Source: Myxococcales bacterium
GTDB lineage: Bacteria; Myxococcota_A; Polyangia; Polyangiales; DASUME01
Length of the DNA stretch: 64,000 nt
NCBI GenBank assembly: GCA_047601445.1
Contig: JASGJH010000001.1
Location: forward strand, 4,512,001-4,576,000
Direction: 5' to 3'
Shown here: one piece after another, positions 21,328 to 31,636 of the stretch
How positions within the stretch are numbered: the stretch's first letter is position 1
How the letters are laid out: the number at the start of each line of letters is the position of its first letter
Position numbers and translations under genes: made by a program
Notes under the pieces: generated by a model
Databases searched by the model: none
The model's input: only the letters and a program-made list of their open reading frames with translations
Told to the model about the DNA's origin: nothing

Positions 21328-21723
21328 ATGTCGATGGGTTCGAAGTGGATCAACGGATGGGGCGCAGCGGCCACACTATGGCTGAGCGCCTGCGGCGGCG
21401 CGGCGCCAGCGGGAAGCACTACACCAGCAACGGCTGCACCCACGTTGGTGATCACGGAACCGGCCGAGTGGCAGAGTCTGGTCACGGCGGGCAAAGGCTC
21501 CTTCGACCTCGCTTGCGGCAGCTGCCATCCGGGTGGCGACGCCGACCTCGGTCCGGCGCTCAAAGGACACGCGCTGCCGCTCGATGCCATGACCAAACAG
21601 ATCCGCGAGGGCTCGGGGCGCATGAAGCCGATCGACCAGACCCAGCTACCGGAGGACCAAATGCGCGGGCTCTTCGTCTACCTCTCCACGTTGGCAGCGG
21701 TGAGTGGCGTGCAGGGACCGTAG
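21328..21723 (+). CDS. Small cytochrome c lipoprotein
   Basis: GGAGGAG RBS; lipobox LSAC; CGSCH; GPAL; GRMKP. Confidence 0.88.
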   Translation: MSMGSKWINGWGAAATLWLSACGGAAPAGSTTPATAAPTLVITEPAEWQSLVTAGKGSFDLACGSCHPGGDADLGPALKGHALPLDAMTKQIREGSGRMKPIDQTQLPEDQMRGLFVYLSTLAAVSGVQGP

Positions 21724-21773
21724 GGGTCGGCCGGCCAGGTTGTGGAACGAGCGACGCCTGATACGATGCCCCC

Positions 21774-22820
21774 GTGCACACCCCTCGTTGGCTCTTCACG
21801 GCGCTGCTTTGCTGCTTGCTCGGCTGCGCCTCCCGCTCCGGGCCCAGCAGCACGCCCGCCACGCCCACCACCAAGCTGGCCGCCGAGAAGCTCTCGCTCG
21901 TGGCGAGCAGCTTCCCGCCCTTCGTCGATAGCGCCGACAACCCGCGCGTCGCCATCGACCTGGTCACCACGGCGCTGGCGCGCGCCGGCTACATCGCGGA
22001 CACGGAGGTCACCTCGCTCGACGACGTGATCAGCGGGTTGCGCGAGGGTCGCTACGCGGGCTCGAGCGCGCTGTGGCGCAGCGAGGAGCGCGAGCAGTTC
22101 CTGCTCTACTCTCAGCCCTACCTCGAAAATCGATTACTACTGGTGGCGCGCAAGGGTACGGAAGTCGGCGCCCAACACCTGGGCGAGCTCATGGGCAAGA
22201 AGGTGGGCATCGTGGAGGGCTACGCCTACGGGCCGGAGCTCGAGCAGGCCAAGGAGCCGGTATTCGTTCGCGGGCCGAGCACCGAGGACAACCTGCGGGC
22301 GCTGCTTCGGGGCGAGCTCGACTACGTGCTGGCGGACGCCCTGTTGATCCATCACATCGCCCATCAGCACCCGGAGCAGACCGCGGCCAAGCTGGCCCTC
22401 GGCGAACACACGCTTCTTACGCGCAGCCTGCATCTGACCCTGCGCAAGGATCTCCCCAACGCGAGCACCATCCTGCAACGCTTCAACGAGGCGCTGCGCC
22501 AGATGCTGCACGACGGCTCCTATCACGAGGCCCTGCGTGTGGACTGGATCCACGCGGATGTGGACGGCGATGGGGTGCTCGAGATGGTGGCTTCGGGCGA
22601 CGAGGTCGGCGCCGAACCTCCGCGCACGGGCTACCGAGTGACCACGCTCCCCGGCAGCGGTGGGCCCAGCAGCGACCAACACCCGAGCAACGCGCGCTTC
22701 GTGGTGAAGGGCGTGCCTTACGGCTCGTGGGACCAGATTCCGCCCGAGTACAAGCGCAACCCGGCGTCGCCCATGGGCAGCAATCCGGGCACGCTACGCA
22801 CGAGCATCTTCGAGTTCTAG
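21774..22820 (+). CDS. Extracellular solute-binding protein family 3 lipoprotein
   Basis: LLGC lipobox; FPPF, EREQFLLYSQPY, LMGKKVGIVEGYAYG, LLRGELDY. Confidence 0.85.
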   Translation: MHTPRWLFTALLCCLLGCASRSGPSSTPATPTTKLAAEKLSLVASSFPPFVDSADNPRVAIDLVTTALARAGYIADTEVTSLDDVISGLREGRYAGSSALWRSEEREQFLLYSQPYLENRLLLVARKGTEVGAQHLGELMGKKVGIVEGYAYGPELEQAKEPVFVRGPSTEDNLRALLRGELDYVLADALLIHHIAHQHPEQTAAKLALGEHTLLTRSLHLTLRKDLPNASTILQRFNEALRQMLHDGSYHEALRVDWIHADVDGDGVLEMVASGDEVGAEPPRTGYRVTTLPGSGGPSSDQHPSNARFVVKGVPYGSWDQIPPEYKRNPASPMGSNPGTLRTSIFEF

Positions 22821-24890
22821 CGGCGCGCAAACGCCGCCAAGTTGGCCACTGCGCTCACCAGAATCCTCGGGCCTCACGGGCTTGCCGATGTGATTGGCGA
22901 AGCCCATCGAGAGCGCCTTGCTCTTGTCTTGCGGACGCGTGTAGGCCGTCAGTGCGAGCGAGGGGATGCCTCCGCCGAGCTCGGGCGCGAGGGCCCTCAC
23001 GCGTTGGGCCAGCGAATAGCCATCTTCGCCTGGCATACCGATATCGCTGACGAGCACGTGAGGCCGGAAGTCGCCTACCCGCGCGAACGCGTCGGCAGCT
23101 GAAGAGGCCATCTCCACGGTGGCGCCAGCCTGGCTGAGCAGAGCATGGACCAGCTCGCGTGCGTCTTGCTCGTCGTCCACCACCAGCACGCGCTTGCCCT
23201 CCAAGGTGCCCGCGACCTTGGGCTCCACGAAGGGCCCCGGATCCCAGCTCTCCGCAGGCGTGTGCGGTTCCGGAATGACCGCGCGCTCCGGGATGCGGGC
23301 GCGAAACGTGGCGCCCTGCCCCAGCCCGGGGCTCTCGGCCTGCACCTCTCCGCCGTGCAGTTCCACCAGCTGCCGCGCGATGGCGAGCCCCAGGCCGAGC
23401 CCACCCACGCGACGCGCCGAGGAACTGTCGGCCTGCACGAAGCGATCGAACACGAAGGGCAAGAACTCGGGCTTGATGCCGCGGCCCTGGTCGCTGACGC
23501 ACACCGAGAGGTGCCCCCGTGAGCGCTCGATGACCACGCGTACGCGCCCGCCGGGATCGGAGAATTTCACGGCGTTGGAGAGAAAATTCCAGAACACCTG
23601 CTGGAGTCGCTGCGGGTCGCCCACCATCAGACAGTCGGGCGGAGCTTCCTGCAACTCGAGGGCGATGCGCTTGGCTTCGGCCGAGGGCCGCACCGCCTCG
23701 AGCGCGTCGCGCACGACCGCGCAGATATCCATGGGCTTGAGCTCCAAGCTGAGCTTGCCGCTGATGATGCGCGAGACGTCGAGGATGTCGTCGATGATCT
23801 TGGATTGCGACACGGCATTGCGGTGGATGACCTCGATGGCTTTCTCCAAGGAGGGATCGCCCCGGCGACCGCGCAGGATGGCGGCCCAGCCCAGGATGGC
23901 GTTCAGCGGGGTACGCAGCTCGTGGGACACGATGCCGAGGAATTCGTCCTTGATGCGGTTGGCGTCCTCGGCGGTGCGCGCGGCCTCGCGCATGCGCTGT
24001 TCGCTGACGCGCAAGCTCTGCTCGGCGAGCTCAGCGGCCGCGCGCGCGGCCTGCTCCATGGCCAGCGCTTTGGCGGTTTCCTGCGCCGAGAGGCGCGAGG
24101 TGAGGTCGCGCGTGACCTTGGCGAAACCGATCAACGTGCCCTGGGCATCGACCACCCGCGTCAGGACCACGTTGGCCCAAAACCGGTCGCCCCCCTTGCG
24201 TACGCGAAAGCCCTCCTCTTCGAAGCGGCCCGTCTCACGGGCGATGTCGAGCTCGCGCTGTGGCTTGCCCGCCGCCACGTCCTCCTCGAGGAAGAAGCGC
24301 GAGTAGTGCTGGCCGATGATCTCTCCTGCGGTGTAGCCCTTGAGCTTCTGGGCGCCCGCATTCCAGGTGCTCACCTCGCCGCTGGGGCTGAGCATGTAGA
24401 TGGCGTAGTCGGAGACCGACTCGACGAGCAGCCGCATGCGCTCCTCGGAGCGGCGCAGCGCCTCTTCGGCACGGCGGCGAGCCGTGAGGTCGCGCGTGAT
24501 CTTGGCGAAGCCGAACAACGAGCCGTCGTCGTCACGCAGGGCGCTGATCACCACGTTGGCCCAGAAGCGCGTCCCGTCCTTGCGCAACCGCCAGCCCTCG
24601 TCTTCCACCCGCCCCTCCTGGGCGGCCACACGGAGCTCCGAGCCCGGCTTGTCGCTCAGCCGATCTTCCTCGGGATAAAACACCGAGAAATGCCGGCCGA
24701 GAATCTCGTGGGCAGCGTAGCCCTTGGTCTTCTCGGCCCCGGGACTCCAGGTTTTGACGTAGCCCTGCTCGTCCAGCATGAAGATGGCGTAGTCCTCCAC
24801 GCACTCGACGAGTCGTCTCCAGTCGTCGGCGGACGCGCCCGGGACATGGCCCTTCGCTGGCGCGACCTTGGTTGCTCGTGCTTCGGACAC
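22817..24890 (-). CDS. Hybrid sensor histidine kinase (PAS-PAS-HisKA-HATPase-REC) with +1 frameshift at ~22862
   Basis: Two DYAIFML...W..GAEK.KGY PAS/PAC domains; SHELRTPLN; NAVKF; DQGRG; GLGLGL; REC SDIGMP. Removing one base of GAATC 22861-65 gives the canonical end KPVRPEDLVSAVANLAAFARR*. Confidence 0.93.
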
Positions 24891-25370
24891 CAGCGCTCCT
24901 CTTGCGATTCCAAGACAGGTGCGACCCTAGTCAGTGTTGACACGAAATTCGAGCATGCAACTTCCGCAGCGTGGCGCGTTACGCGCAGAGACGTTTCGCG
25001 CGCAGAGGCCACGAGCCAGCCGCCGCCCTGCGTAGGCCTTGAAGCCGACGAAGCGACCTGGACCGGTCAGCCAAAGCGCTACAGGAGAGGCGTTGTGCAG
25101 CGCACGCGAGCAGATTTGCCCCAGGGGTACGGGCGCGCGCGACTTTGACCGCTGCTCGCGGAGCGTGCCGAGGGGACCTCCCGAGTCTCGACAAGTGGCG
25201 GGCTGACCCGATGCGCCCTGCAGCGCCGAGCGCGTGGCCCCTACTGTCAACCCATGCCATTCCCGACTGACCAGCCCTACGGTTTTGCCACGCTACATGC
25301 GATTTTGCGCTTGGCGCCGCAGCTGCACACGTTAGGTTCGGGCCTCTGCATGCACGAGGAGTTGGGGCCC

Positions 25371-26046
25371 ATGATCAAGAGCGGCTGGTGTGCGGCGTTT
25401 TGCCTGGCGGTGTTGGGTGGCGGCTGCTTCGGCCCGGGCACCGCGCAAGAGCGTCCCCCGACCCAAGTCACGGTGGATGCCGGCACGGGCGGCCCGACTC
25501 CGCATACGCCTGCCCCCCACGATGCAGGCCAGATGCACGAGGCCGACGACACGCAGTGCGCCCAGGTCGAGGACACGGTGCAGCGTCTGCTCTGTATGGT
25601 TGGTCAGGGCGGCGGGGGACTCGACCAGGTGATCCGCGACATCCTGGGCGGAGGCAGTGAGACCATGGACTGCGCAGGGGAAGCAGAATCCCATCGCGAG
25701 CCTCCTGTGCGGCTTCATCGGCGGAGGCACCGGGCTCGAGGGCCTGCTCGAAGGCGTGTTGGCAGACGGTGGCGCCGAGCGCATCATCATCGGCACGTTG
25801 GCAGAGGTCATTCGCGGCATCCTCGACGACCTGACGACGGCGTTCCTCGATGGCCTGAGTCCCGGTGACGCGGGACTTCCACGCCCCGGCGCGCCGCGCC
25901 CGACGCGCGGGCCGCGCGCAAACAGCGCGCTGTTGACCTCCCGCGAGGCTCCTGCCAGCTGCGACGAGGTGACCTCGGACGATCTGCTCGGTAGGCTCCA
26001 GTGCGCACGACAAGCCCTGGACCGCGTCGCGCCCCCGCAGGAATAG
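25371..26046 (+). CDS. Lipoprotein with three short Cys-pair helical repeats; +1 frameshift at ~25687
   Basis: GAGGAG RBS, lipobox GGGC; repaired reading CAGEADPIASLLC matches upstream CAQVEDTVQRLLC. Confidence 0.7.
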
Positions 26047-26078
26047 CGCGCCTTCCCGGTGCCCAGGCTGCAACGCAC

Positions 26079-26525
26079 TCAGGCGCTGCGCTTGCCCTTC
26101 ATGGCGAGTGCCGTGTGGACGCTGTCGAGGGTGTGGCCGATCTCGACGGCGCCGGCCTTGCAGTTGAGATAGGCCGTGGCCGCCGCCACGTCGCCGGGCT
26201 CGAAGCCCTTCAGGGGCGAGCCAATGAGCCAGGTGATGGCAGTGCCGATGTGGCGCGCCACCACCGAGTCGGTGAGCAACGCCGTGGGCGGTGGCTTGCG
26301 ACCGGCCTTCTTCCAGAAGTCACCGATGCGCCCGCGCTGCTTGGATGTGAGACCGCCACCGCCACGTACGGAGATCAAGAGGGCCTGATAGTCGAAGGTG
26401 CCGAGGCGCACGAGCCACTCCGTGAGCTCCGCGTCATCGGTGTCGTGTAGGCCAGCGCACTGAATCAACACGTCGTCCACGCGCACCCATCCCATGGTCT
26501 TCAGCACGACCCGACCAAACTCCAT
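26079..26525 (-). CDS. Small STAS/SEC14-like protein
   Basis: GGGLTSKQR...ALLTDSVVARHIGTAITWL pattern common in myxobacterial STAS/SEC14-like proteins; GGGGAG RBS. Confidence 0.6.
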   Translation of the reverse strand: MEFGRVVLKTMGWVRVDDVLIQCAGLHDTDDAELTEWLVRLGTFDYQALLISVRGGGGLTSKQRGRIGDFWKKAGRKPPPTALLTDSVVARHIGTAITWLIGSPLKGFEPGDVAAATAYLNCKAGAVEIGHTLDSVHTALAMKGKRSA

Positions 26526-26628
26526 CGCACTCCCCCCGAAACGTCCGCAAAGCGTACCACGGATTGGCCAGAGCTCGCCTAGCTCGCTCACGCTTTCGCC
26601 TCGCCTCGCAGTGGCAACCTACTGACCT

Positions 26629-27306
26629 ATGCGAGTTTTGATGGTGCTGACGTCTCACGACAAACTCGGCGACACCGGCAAGAAGACCGGCTTTTGGCTC
26701 GAGGAGTTTGCCGCACCCTACTTCACGTTTCTCGACGCGGGGGCTCAGGTCACCGTTGCTTCCCCGCGCGGAGGCGCGCCACCACTCGATCCCAAGAGCG
26801 ACGCTCCCGAGGGACAGACCGAGGCCACCCGACGCTTCAAGCAAGACCGCCGGGCGCAAGACGTGCTCTCGCATACCGTCAAGCTCAAGGCCATCAGCGC
26901 TGACGACTACGACGCCGTGTTCTACGCGGGTGGACATGGTCCACTCTGGGATCTCGCGCTCGACCCGACTTCGGCGCACCTGATCGAAGACTTCTACGGG
27001 CAAGGCAAGACCGTGGCGGCCGTGTGCCACGGGCCGGCCGTACTCAACCGGGCCAAGGTGAAGGGCGAACCGCTCGTGAAGGGCAAGCGCGTCACGGGCT
27101 TCACCAACAGCGAAGAGGCCGCGGTGAAGCTCACGGATGTCGTGCCCTTCTCGGTGGAAGACGAGCTCAAGCGCCTGGGCGCGCACTACGAAAAGGCGCC
27201 GAACTGGCAGAGCTACGTGGTCACCGACGGCCAGCTCGTGACGGGCCAGAACCCTGCCTCGTCCATCGCAGTCGCCGAGAAGGTGATCGAGATGGCAGCG
27301 GTCTAA
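26629..27306 (+). CDS. DJ-1/PfpI (type 1 glutamine amidotransferase-like, Hsp31-like) protein
   Basis: VLTSHDKLGDTGKKTGFWLEEFAAPY, GGHGPLWDL, AVCHGP, TGQNPAS. Confidence 0.95.
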   Translation: MRVLMVLTSHDKLGDTGKKTGFWLEEFAAPYFTFLDAGAQVTVASPRGGAPPLDPKSDAPEGQTEATRRFKQDRRAQDVLSHTVKLKAISADDYDAVFYAGGHGPLWDLALDPTSAHLIEDFYGQGKTVAAVCHGPAVLNRAKVKGEPLVKGKRVTGFTNSEEAAVKLTDVVPFSVEDELKRLGAHYEKAPNWQSYVVTDGQLVTGQNPASSIAVAEKVIEMAAV

Positions 27307-27334
27307 CAGAGCGCGACGAAGTCAGCGCTCTGTT
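27305..27334 (+). terminator. Hairpin after the DJ-1/PfpI gene
   Basis: AACAGAGCGC-N10-GCGCTCTGTT perfect 10-bp stem. Confidence 0.6.
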
Positions 27335-27616
27335 CCCGTGCCGGCCTGCCCCAGCAAGGCGAGCCCGTGCCCACTCTCTGCTCCCGACAGACTCCTGCGA
27401 GCTCAGCCTCGCGCGTGGGAGGGCGGCGGCCCCACCCGCCGCGACCAGCGGCCATCGGTGTCCGCACTGGGCGTGGACAGCGCGAATGCGCCGGAGCGCT
27501 CGGGCTCCTGGGACGCGCAGCGCGGGGAGGCGCTGTCGACCTGTGCACGCCCCGTGGTTTCCTGTGTCGTCGCGTCCTTCAAGCCGTGGGGGTTGGGCGC
27601 GAGCATGCCGAACTCC

Positions 27617-28681
27617 TTACTTGATGTTGGTGGTCATCTGAGACTTCGCGAGCGTGGACTTGAGCACACTCGCCCAGCGAGTGTCGCCCTCGAGGTAGAC
27701 CTTCTGGAAGGCGAGCGCGTACTTGCCCGAGACGCCGCCGCCCGCGTCGGTGGGACCGAACCAGTTGAAGTGGGTGGTGCCGTCGATCTTGACGATCATC
27801 TTGGGCGTGGGGTCCTTGATGTTGCCGTAGGCTCCCTGGGACATGTTGCAGGCAGCGGTCGTGTCGGAGTTGCCGCACAGCAGCAGGGTGGGCACCGTGA
27901 TGCCCGAGGTGGCGGGGTTCCAAGCCGCCAAGCCCACCGAGCTCTTGAGGGTGGGTCGCTTGGTGGATGCGATGGTGGTGCCGCCGCCGCCCATCGAGTA
28001 GCCCGAGGTGCCCACGCGCTCGACGTCGAGCTTGTTCTGGAGCGGACTGCCGGACTTGCCGTTCTCCGCGAGGAGCTGATCGAGCGCGGCTAGCAACTTG
28101 GTGGCGCGCGTGCCCGGATCGTCGATGCCGTCGGTGGTGACGATGATGGTCACGATGCCGTAGGACGCGTAGAAGGGCGCCCAGGCCTTCATCTCGGGAC
28201 CGGTATTGGTGAAGCCTCCGCACAACGCGACCGAGGCGAACGGAGGCTCAGCGTCGGTCGGATAGGTCACGGTGCCGAGCGGGAGCTTGAGTTCCGCGGT
28301 CTTGAAGGGACCGTTGTCGGAGGTCAGGGCCTTGGGGGACGGACCGTGACACAGGCAGTCGCCGTCGTCGCAGCATTCGCCGGTGCCCATCGGCTTCTCG
28401 GTGCCAGCGTCGCCGTCTCCATCGCCGACATCACCATCGCCGTCGCCGACATCACCATCGCCGTCACCAACGTCACCGTCGCCGTCGCCATCACCAACGT
28501 CGCCGTCACCGTCGCCATCACCATCGCCGTCGCCATCGCCGTCGCCATCACCTTCGTCGTCACCATCGCCATCGCCATGGGCCGGGTTGATGTCGCTACC
28601 GGTGGAGGGCGCCTCATCCCCACAGCCGCTACCGAGTGCCACGACCAATGCCAGACCCAAGGTGAACTTACTCAAAGCCAT
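27617..28681 (-). CDS. Lipoprotein alpha/beta hydrolase, cutinase/PETase (dienelactone hydrolase-like) type
   Basis: Lipobox GSGC; long GD tether; GGFT oxyanion loop, GYSMGGGGT nucleophile, PTLLLCGNSDTTA, GTTHF, LEGDTRW. Confidence 0.85.
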   Translation of the reverse strand: MALSKFTLGLALVVALGSGCGDEAPSTGSDINPAHGDGDGDDEGDGDGDGDGDGDGDGDGDVGDGDGDGDVGDGDGDVGDGDGDVGDGDGDAGTEKPMGTGECCDDGDCLCHGPSPKALTSDNGPFKTAELKLPLGTVTYPTDAEPPFASVALCGGFTNTGPEMKAWAPFYASYGIVTIIVTTDGIDDPGTRATKLLAALDQLLAENGKSGSPLQNKLDVERVGTSGYSMGGGGTTIASTKRPTLKSSVGLAAWNPATSGITVPTLLLCGNSDTTAACNMSQGAYGNIKDPTPKMIVKIDGTTHFNWFGPTDAGGGVSGKYALAFQKVYLEGDTRWASVLKSTLAKSQMTTNIK

Positions 28682-28961
28682 GACGTCGCCTCCGCGCATC
28701 TCTCTCTCAAGTGACCGTCTCTTCTCATGGCCAGATGCGAGCACTCAAGCGCCCCATTCGGGCGCGTCGCAGAAAAGCGTCCGGGCTATGTAAAAATCAC
28801 TGCGCAACTGTACAAAAATATCATTCACGGTTGTACAGCCGCCCAACATTGCGGGATGACGCACAAATCAGCCAGGGCCGCGCTGAAGATGGTGGCGGTT
28901 TCGCGGATCTCGGCGACGAACTTCGCTGCAACCCACGACGATTTTTGGCAAAACGGTGGCT

Positions 28962-30209
28962 ATGTCGTTCTGGCGCAGCCTGCGCGCCCTGCTGGCTTTC
29001 TGGTTCTGGTCGCTGCGAGGTGGCCTGCGAACCGTGATCTTCATGCTGCGCTTGCCGGGCGATGCCGCATGGGCACTCAAGTCAGCACAAGCCGTGAATC
29101 GCCGGGGCATCCAGCACGAGTCGCGACTCGAGTTGGTGGGACCTTCGCTCTACCGCCTCAAGGAAGCCGACCGACGCACCGCCAACGCCGACCGCAGCTC
29201 GGTGCATGAGCAGGACGATGGGCGTACGCGTCCACCCATCGTGATCTATTTCACCGGCACCGGTGAAACGCCCGAGGCGGTGCTGCTGGGCTTTCAGCGG
29301 ATGCGTCGCGAGATCCCGGCGTTGGCCGAGGCCACCGAATACGTCGTCGCACCGCCGAACAACAAGGGTGCGTACTACAGCGGTGACCAGTTCGGCGCGC
29401 GCATGTGGGAAGTGGTGGAGCCGCTGGTGAAGCACTACCCGGGTCCCTTCGTGTTCGTGGGCTTCAGCCGAGGCGCGGTGGTGTCGCTCGACGTCGCCAC
29501 GCGGGTGGCCGAGGAGCACGCCAAGGTGGCCGGCGCGCTCGCCCTGTCGCCGCCGCTGTTGGTCCCCGAGCGCTTGCCCTTGCCGGTGCGCACCATCGCA
29601 GGCTTCGAGGTCGTCGTGGAGGGCCTGCGCGAAGCGGGCGCCGAGCTGCCCCGCTGGCTCGCAGAGCATGTCGAGTTGAGCGTGTACCAGTCGCAGCTCT
29701 TGCTGACCGGCATGGTGCTCAAGAACCTCGGCGTGGTCGCGCCGGAGGAGCTCGACATGGCCGTCAGCGACATGCGCAGCCGTGGCACGTTCGACAGCGC
29801 CCTGGCCGCCTCCCGTGAGTTTCGCTTGCTGACCGAGGCTCGACCGCGCGAAGGAGAGCTGTTCACCGAGCAGCTGGCACGCTCGTTCGCCGAGTCGCGC
29901 TCCCTCTACGCCGAGTTGCTCTGGGGTAGCGCTGACGACTGGGTAGACGGCAAGCTGTGTGAAGCGCGCATGCAGCAGCTCTTGCCGCAGTACCCGCAAG
30001 CCCGTGAAAGGTTTCGGATGACCATCATCCCGGCGCAGGGCCACGCCCTCTTCCGGGCCAGCGGCGCGGACCCCCAACCCACCCTGCAAGCCTTCCGCCG
30101 AGTCGCCGAGCAGGTCACGAAGCTCGCCGCCGAACGCGAAAGCGAGGCGCGACAGAAGGCCCAGCAGAGTGCTATCCAGCGTTTACGATCGACCGAAGAG
30201 ATGCCATGA
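28962..30209 (+). CDS. Alpha/beta-fold hydrolase
   Basis: IYFTGTG, FVGFSRGA nucleophile elbow, LLWGSADDWV, IPAQGHAL (Ser-Asp-His). Confidence 0.75.
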   Translation: MSFWRSLRALLAFWFWSLRGGLRTVIFMLRLPGDAAWALKSAQAVNRRGIQHESRLELVGPSLYRLKEADRRTANADRSSVHEQDDGRTRPPIVIYFTGTGETPEAVLLGFQRMRREIPALAEATEYVVAPPNNKGAYYSGDQFGARMWEVVEPLVKHYPGPFVFVGFSRGAVVSLDVATRVAEEHAKVAGALALSPPLLVPERLPLPVRTIAGFEVVVEGLREAGAELPRWLAEHVELSVYQSQLLLTGMVLKNLGVVAPEELDMAVSDMRSRGTFDSALAASREFRLLTEARPREGELFTEQLARSFAESRSLYAELLWGSADDWVDGKLCEARMQQLLPQYPQARERFRMTIIPAQGHALFRASGADPQPTLQAFRRVAEQVTKLAAERESEARQKAQQSAIQRLRSTEEMP

Positions 30210-31618
30210 GCGAACCCCGCAGCGAACCCGAGTCAGGTCTGGGCAGCCTGGAGGCCATCCGAACCCAGTTCGAGGAGCGACAGCGCACGCTCGGCAAGGG
30301 CTTCCATGCGCTCGGCGAGGAGGTCTTCGCGGCCTATTGGCAGGCCCAGGAGCGCCTGCCCAAGCCGGCCAGCGCCATGACCTTCCGCAACTTTCTCCAG
30401 GGCAAGACCGTGCTGCGCGACCCCACGGCACTGGAGCTCTACTTCCGGGCCCTGGGCGCCACCGACCACGAAATGCGCGTGATCCGCGCCACGCTGCAGC
30501 AGGAGCTCGACCGCAAGCTGGCCACGCCGCGCCAACAGGCCGCACTGCGCGCCCTGGACGACTTCGACCTCGCCGCCATGCCCTACTCGCGCGCGCTGGT
30601 GGAGTGCGAGGTGATCACCAAGCTCGAGGACTCCGTCGACGCTCCCATCACGCACCTGACGCCGCGTGAGTACCTACTCGGCCCGGACGGACAGCGCGAC
30701 GCCGGGCCCGATCCCGAGCGCTGGGGGCTGGTGCAACACCTGGAGGAGTTCACGCTGTACATCGCCAAGCTCGACCAGACGCTCGCCGACGAGCTCGAGG
30801 CACTGCCGCGCCGCAACGTGCAGCAACGCCGGCTGCAGGCCTATGCGGACCTGCGCGAGGTGGCCAGCGCCTACGCCCACTGGCTCCTGTATCGCCCGCG
30901 GGCGGCCGACCTCCTGTTCTCCAAGCGTCGCTACATGCTGCACGGTTTCTTCCCCGAGGGTCAGCGCGAGGCGGCCATCGCGCTGGCCAAGCGCGCCACG
31001 CGCACCATGTTCGGCGTGGTCGAGCGGCTCGCCATCGAGGCAGTGCTGCAAGGTAAGCACCGCGTGGAGCTTCTGCGCACGCCGCAGGCCGAGCGCGCCC
31101 TCGAGGGCGTGTCCGAGCGTCTGTTCGCCATGGTGAACTCCTTCTTCCTGATGGTGGTGCACGGCTCGTCGGGCACCGGCGCCATGTTCCAGGCTTCCTA
31201 TCAGCTACGCCGCGAGCACAAGGGGTTGTCGAACGGACTCAGTGAGATCCACGAGCAACTCATCACGAGCTACGACGAGGCCGTACGCAAGGCCAACCGC
31301 GCCCTCGACGAGGACGTGCGCATTCCTTACGCCAAGCTCAAGGAAATCTACGACCGCCAGTTCGACGAGATTCGCCCCGCAATGGTCGAGATCTGGAAGC
31401 GCGAGTACGCCCCGCACCTGGTGCGGCAGACGCTCTCGTTGATGCTGAGCGAGCTCCACGAGGCGGGCGCACTGAACGACAAGGAGTTCTTGAGCCTCAC
31501 CAAGGAACTCATGACCGGCGCCGACGCCAAGAAGGCACTCTTGGCCAAGCACCCGGACAATCGCTACAAGCGCATCGAGATGACGCCGAAGGCCGGCAAG
31601 GGGCCGGCGTCCAAGTAG
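30206..31618 (+). CDS. Hypothetical all-helical protein, possible regulator
   Basis: ATGA overlap with the hydrolase; strong GC3 codon bias; possible HTH-like N-terminus and TetR-C-like segment. Confidence 0.7.
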   Translation: MSEPRSEPESGLGSLEAIRTQFEERQRTLGKGFHALGEEVFAAYWQAQERLPKPASAMTFRNFLQGKTVLRDPTALELYFRALGATDHEMRVIRATLQQELDRKLATPRQQAALRALDDFDLAAMPYSRALVECEVITKLEDSVDAPITHLTPREYLLGPDGQRDAGPDPERWGLVQHLEEFTLYIAKLDQTLADELEALPRRNVQQRRLQAYADLREVASAYAHWLLYRPRAADLLFSKRRYMLHGFFPEGQREAAIALAKRATRTMFGVVERLAIEAVLQGKHRVELLRTPQAERALEGVSERLFAMVNSFFLMVVHGSSGTGAMFQASYQLRREHKGLSNGLSEIHEQLITSYDEAVRKANRALDEDVRIPYAKLKEIYDRQFDEIRPAMVEIWKREYAPHLVRQTLSLMLSELHEAGALNDKEFLSLTKELMTGADAKKALLAKHPDNRYKRIEMTPKAGKGPASK

Positions 31619-31636
31619 GCCGGGCTCGCTGCGCGA

